The notes beneath the pieces are model-generated. The model was given only the letters and a program-made list of their open reading frames with translations. It had not been told where the DNA came from and did no database searches. Position numbers and translations under genes: made by a program. This document shows, piece after piece, positions 61,001-64,000 of a stretch of 64,000 nucleotides of DNA. The stretch is from Antedon mediterranea (lineage: Eukaryota; Animalia; Echinodermata). Numbering within the stretch: position 1 is the first letter of the stretch; each line of letters begins with the position of its first letter. The stretch covers positions 1,917,812-1,981,811 of the forward strand of contig NC_092675.1 of the NCBI RefSeq assembly GCF_964355755.1, in the 5' to 3' direction.

Positions 61001-62297
61001 CTGGAAAAGTCAATTAAAAGTACAATTTGAAAAAACAGACTTTGTTTGTAAACATAGTAGTATAAAAAATACTGTGGAGAAAACAAAATATACAAAATAT
61101 TAAATAAACATTATTAAGACTATTGTTAACATTGTCTGTTTTGTTTGTTTTTTTCTTTTTTTAATGTTTATTTATTTTTTAATTGTTTGGTTACTTTATT
61201 TTTGATTGCTACATTTTAAAAAATATTGTTGTTTAAAAAAAAATTTATTTTCCGCAATATTATATACAGTATTTATTACTAAAATGTTGTGGTTGTTATT
61301 AAGTATTACATATTAGTAGGTTCAACATTTGGTCAAGTACCAGGGCATTAAACAAGTCCCTTCAGCTTTCTAGACTCAACATTATAAAGTAGTACTGCAT
61401 ATGTGCCATTAAATATCAATAGAAAATTGTAGAAAACTACAAGTAATGTCAAAACATTCTTTAGATTTTTTAAACTGTAGTCTTTCTCAACTTAAATGTA
61501 TTTAAAACAAAATCTTTTGAATTTTGCCCTATTTACATAAACTGAGAATAAAATAAAAGTGAACACTTTTTTGTCAAACTAGTTTGATAGTGTGGACAGA
61601 GCTTAATACATATATATATATACACACGTAATGAAAAATCTAAACCCTATACTCATACTTTTCTATACAAATGGGTTAACACCCCTCTGTATACTTGATA
61701 TGCCTTGTAGACCTGGATTGAACACACAAGAGAGGAAAGCCGCAAGGGCGCTAAACCTGATAGATCTTTACAAGCTAACCCTATATTAACCCCTTCCTTT
61801 AGATCCTGGAACGTGATAAACCTTCATTCATGCTATTTTGTTGAAAGAGTGAATTTATAGGCTGTTCATTGATTAACTGTAATTCCTGAATCTGGTTGAG
61901 TGAACACAAATAACAACATAAGTCCCAAATTAGTATGAACTTTCCTTGAACTGACTGGGTAAATGCAATCTGGCATAAACGATAATTTTGTATGTAATTT
62001 AAGCAAAGGGGAAACATATACTGGTATAAAAAAATTCATTTATACTTTTTGTTTAGTTTGCATTTCAAAAAAGTAATTTAATTTCTTGCATCACTAAATA
62101 TCAACTCCTACCTTCCCTTCCTTTTAAAAAATAGTTTTTAAAAGAAAGCTATTGTTTATCAACCAGAAAATTTTCTTTTTTATTTTGTATACATGAAAAT
62201 ATAATTAATCTTTTCCTCTACATTCCTGCTATTCATTCTCTCAAACGCTAATTTTACACATGAGTAACCCATGAGACAGAAGGTTGTGTAGTGTTTG

Positions 62298-62690
62298 TAT
62301 AATGGGAGTATCTTTAAAATTCCCCTTGCCATGGTTTTGTTTTCATATTTTATTATTATTATAGATGCTTTGATTTGTTATGCTTGCTTGAATATATTTT
62401 TAATTTGTAAATGGTATAAAAATAGTATCAAAACCCAAACTTTGATGAGTTTACATATAGTGTGTGTATTTGTAAAATTACTTACCATTATTTGTTTTAT
62501 ATAATGGGAGTAGCTTTAAAATTCCCTTGACGTATTTTTGTTTTAATATTGTATTATTATTTATATGCTTTGATTTATTATGCTTGCTTGAATATATTTT
62601 TTATTTTTAAATGGTATAAAAATACTAAAAACTGGTTTATAAATATCAAAACCGAAAGTTTGAAAAATGAAGAGTACATAGTGGGATTAT
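62298..62690. repeat. Diverged ~200-bp tandem duplication
   Basis: TATAATGGGAGTA.CTTTAAAATTCCC...ATGCTTGCTTGAATATATTTT...AAATGGTATAAAAATA occurs at ~62298 and ~62498. Confidence 0.7.
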
Positions 62691-63930
62691 CTGTAAAATT
62701 CCCTGACTTCTTTGTTTATTGTATCTACTATTGATTTCAATTATGTTATACTTTAAACTGTTTCAATAGATTTTTTTTTACTGAATTAAAAATAATAAAA
62801 AAAACAAAAGGTTGAAATGAAGTTTAAAAAAAAAAAAAACCCCAAAAACAGAAATAAAAATATAGAAAAAACTATAAAAAGTAAATAAATATAAATATAT
62901 AATATTCTAAATCCAAAGGCAAATTACTGAAAAAATGACAATACTGTGGGTGAGTGTTATATATCCATTAAAGTGTAGAACTTAAAGCAAACATTTTAAA
63001 TTATTATAACATTTTTAATTGTTATAATAATGTTAATTAATACTTCAGGTTACAAAAACTAACAATGGGAGAAAAATATCGCTTAATATTTGAGTTAATA
63101 CAAACAGTAATAGAGAGTTTGTGGTTAATATAAATTATATCTTTTTTATACTACAAACGGAAAACCATCTTGGTTTTATATTTAGCCTCAGAGGATGTGG
63201 TTTCCAAAACCAAATCCATAAATCTTTCCCAAAAAGGATGAAGAACAAGCCTTAATAATTTCATTTCCTGAAGAAAAAGGGAGATTAAATCCGTGATAAA
63301 TCCTTCGGAAAGGAAACAATACCTTCTTTATTTACAGGCTAGGGGCATTTTTAAGATATTTTAAAATCTTAATTGTTATTCTATTTGAATTGGTTAATTC
63401 AATGCACATTTATTTTTAGTTTATTGTTAAAACAAATCAGAAAAAAATTACAAGCAATTAGTACTTTATGTAATATGAAACACTTTATAAGAATTATAGT
63501 TTTATAACAATTATAATTATTGGGCATTTTAATTGATATTGTGTATTGCATTTCAAGCATCATAACTTTTGTTTTTTTTAGGGTATATAATATACTGTAG
63601 ATTAAGCAAATATAATGTCTCAACAATGTAAGTTGGATTGGTGGATATGCTTGCCTTCAGTACCACGATTTCCTAACAAAGACTCAGTCTCAGTGAAAAA
63701 AAAGCTGGCCTAGTTTTTTAAAGGTTTGCATTGAAAAGAAAGTAATTCCTGAAAATAAAAGGTTTGTGGTACATTGAGTATTTCCTGGAAATCAAGTACC
63801 GTAATGTGAAGTTAAGAATGTCTCAAGATGTTTCGGTTGTTGTACAAACATTAGTACACTATTAGATAGGTGGTACAAAACCAAAACGTTCCAGACATTC
63901 TCAACTCTACTATCATTACTTCCCTTCTAA

Positions 63931-64000
63931 ATCTCTGTCTACACTATCAAACTGTATGTGACAACAAAACATGATGTGTCCATATATGGACATGATGATG
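63931..64000. mobile_element. MITE family A copy truncated by the window edge
   Basis: ATCTCTGTCTACACTATCAAA...GTCCATATATGGACATGATGATG. Confidence 0.6.

Noticed and set aside
61001-64000. Upstream exons of the SRCR receptor
   Set aside because: No exon encoding the first half of the SRCR domain was found; the region is treated as intron, with the gene continuing beyond the window.

Overview
AT-rich, intron-rich animal genomic DNA. A marine invertebrate is likely, plausibly a deuterostome such as an echinoderm; this is inferred from gene content and Deu/Nin-type SINEs. I reconstructed five protein-coding genes by hand from GT-AG sites with consistent reading phases. (1) A 5'-incomplete + strand gene with four copies of an unrecognised 6-Cys module, Gly/Ser/Thr linkers and two C-terminal FAS1 domains. 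(2) Its tandem paralog: signal peptide, 5 EGF, 2 FAS1. (3) An intronless 490-aa Pro/Lys/Ser-rich ORF on the - strand. (4) A complete 9-exon GlyR/GluCl-type Cys-loop anion channel with a divergent ligand pocket. (5) A 5'-incomplete type I membrane receptor with alternating SRCR and furin-like repeats, then EGF, 4 Ig, a TM helix and a short tail. Intron 1 of the channel holds a young, 5'-truncated Tx1/L1-group retrotransposon. Its poly(A) abuts a 51-bp minisatellite, and it is flanked by an apparently identical ~420-bp duplication. The window also has several MITE families, SINE/LINE fragments, minisatellites and a satellite built from two hairpin modules. All calls are by eye; no database searches were run.
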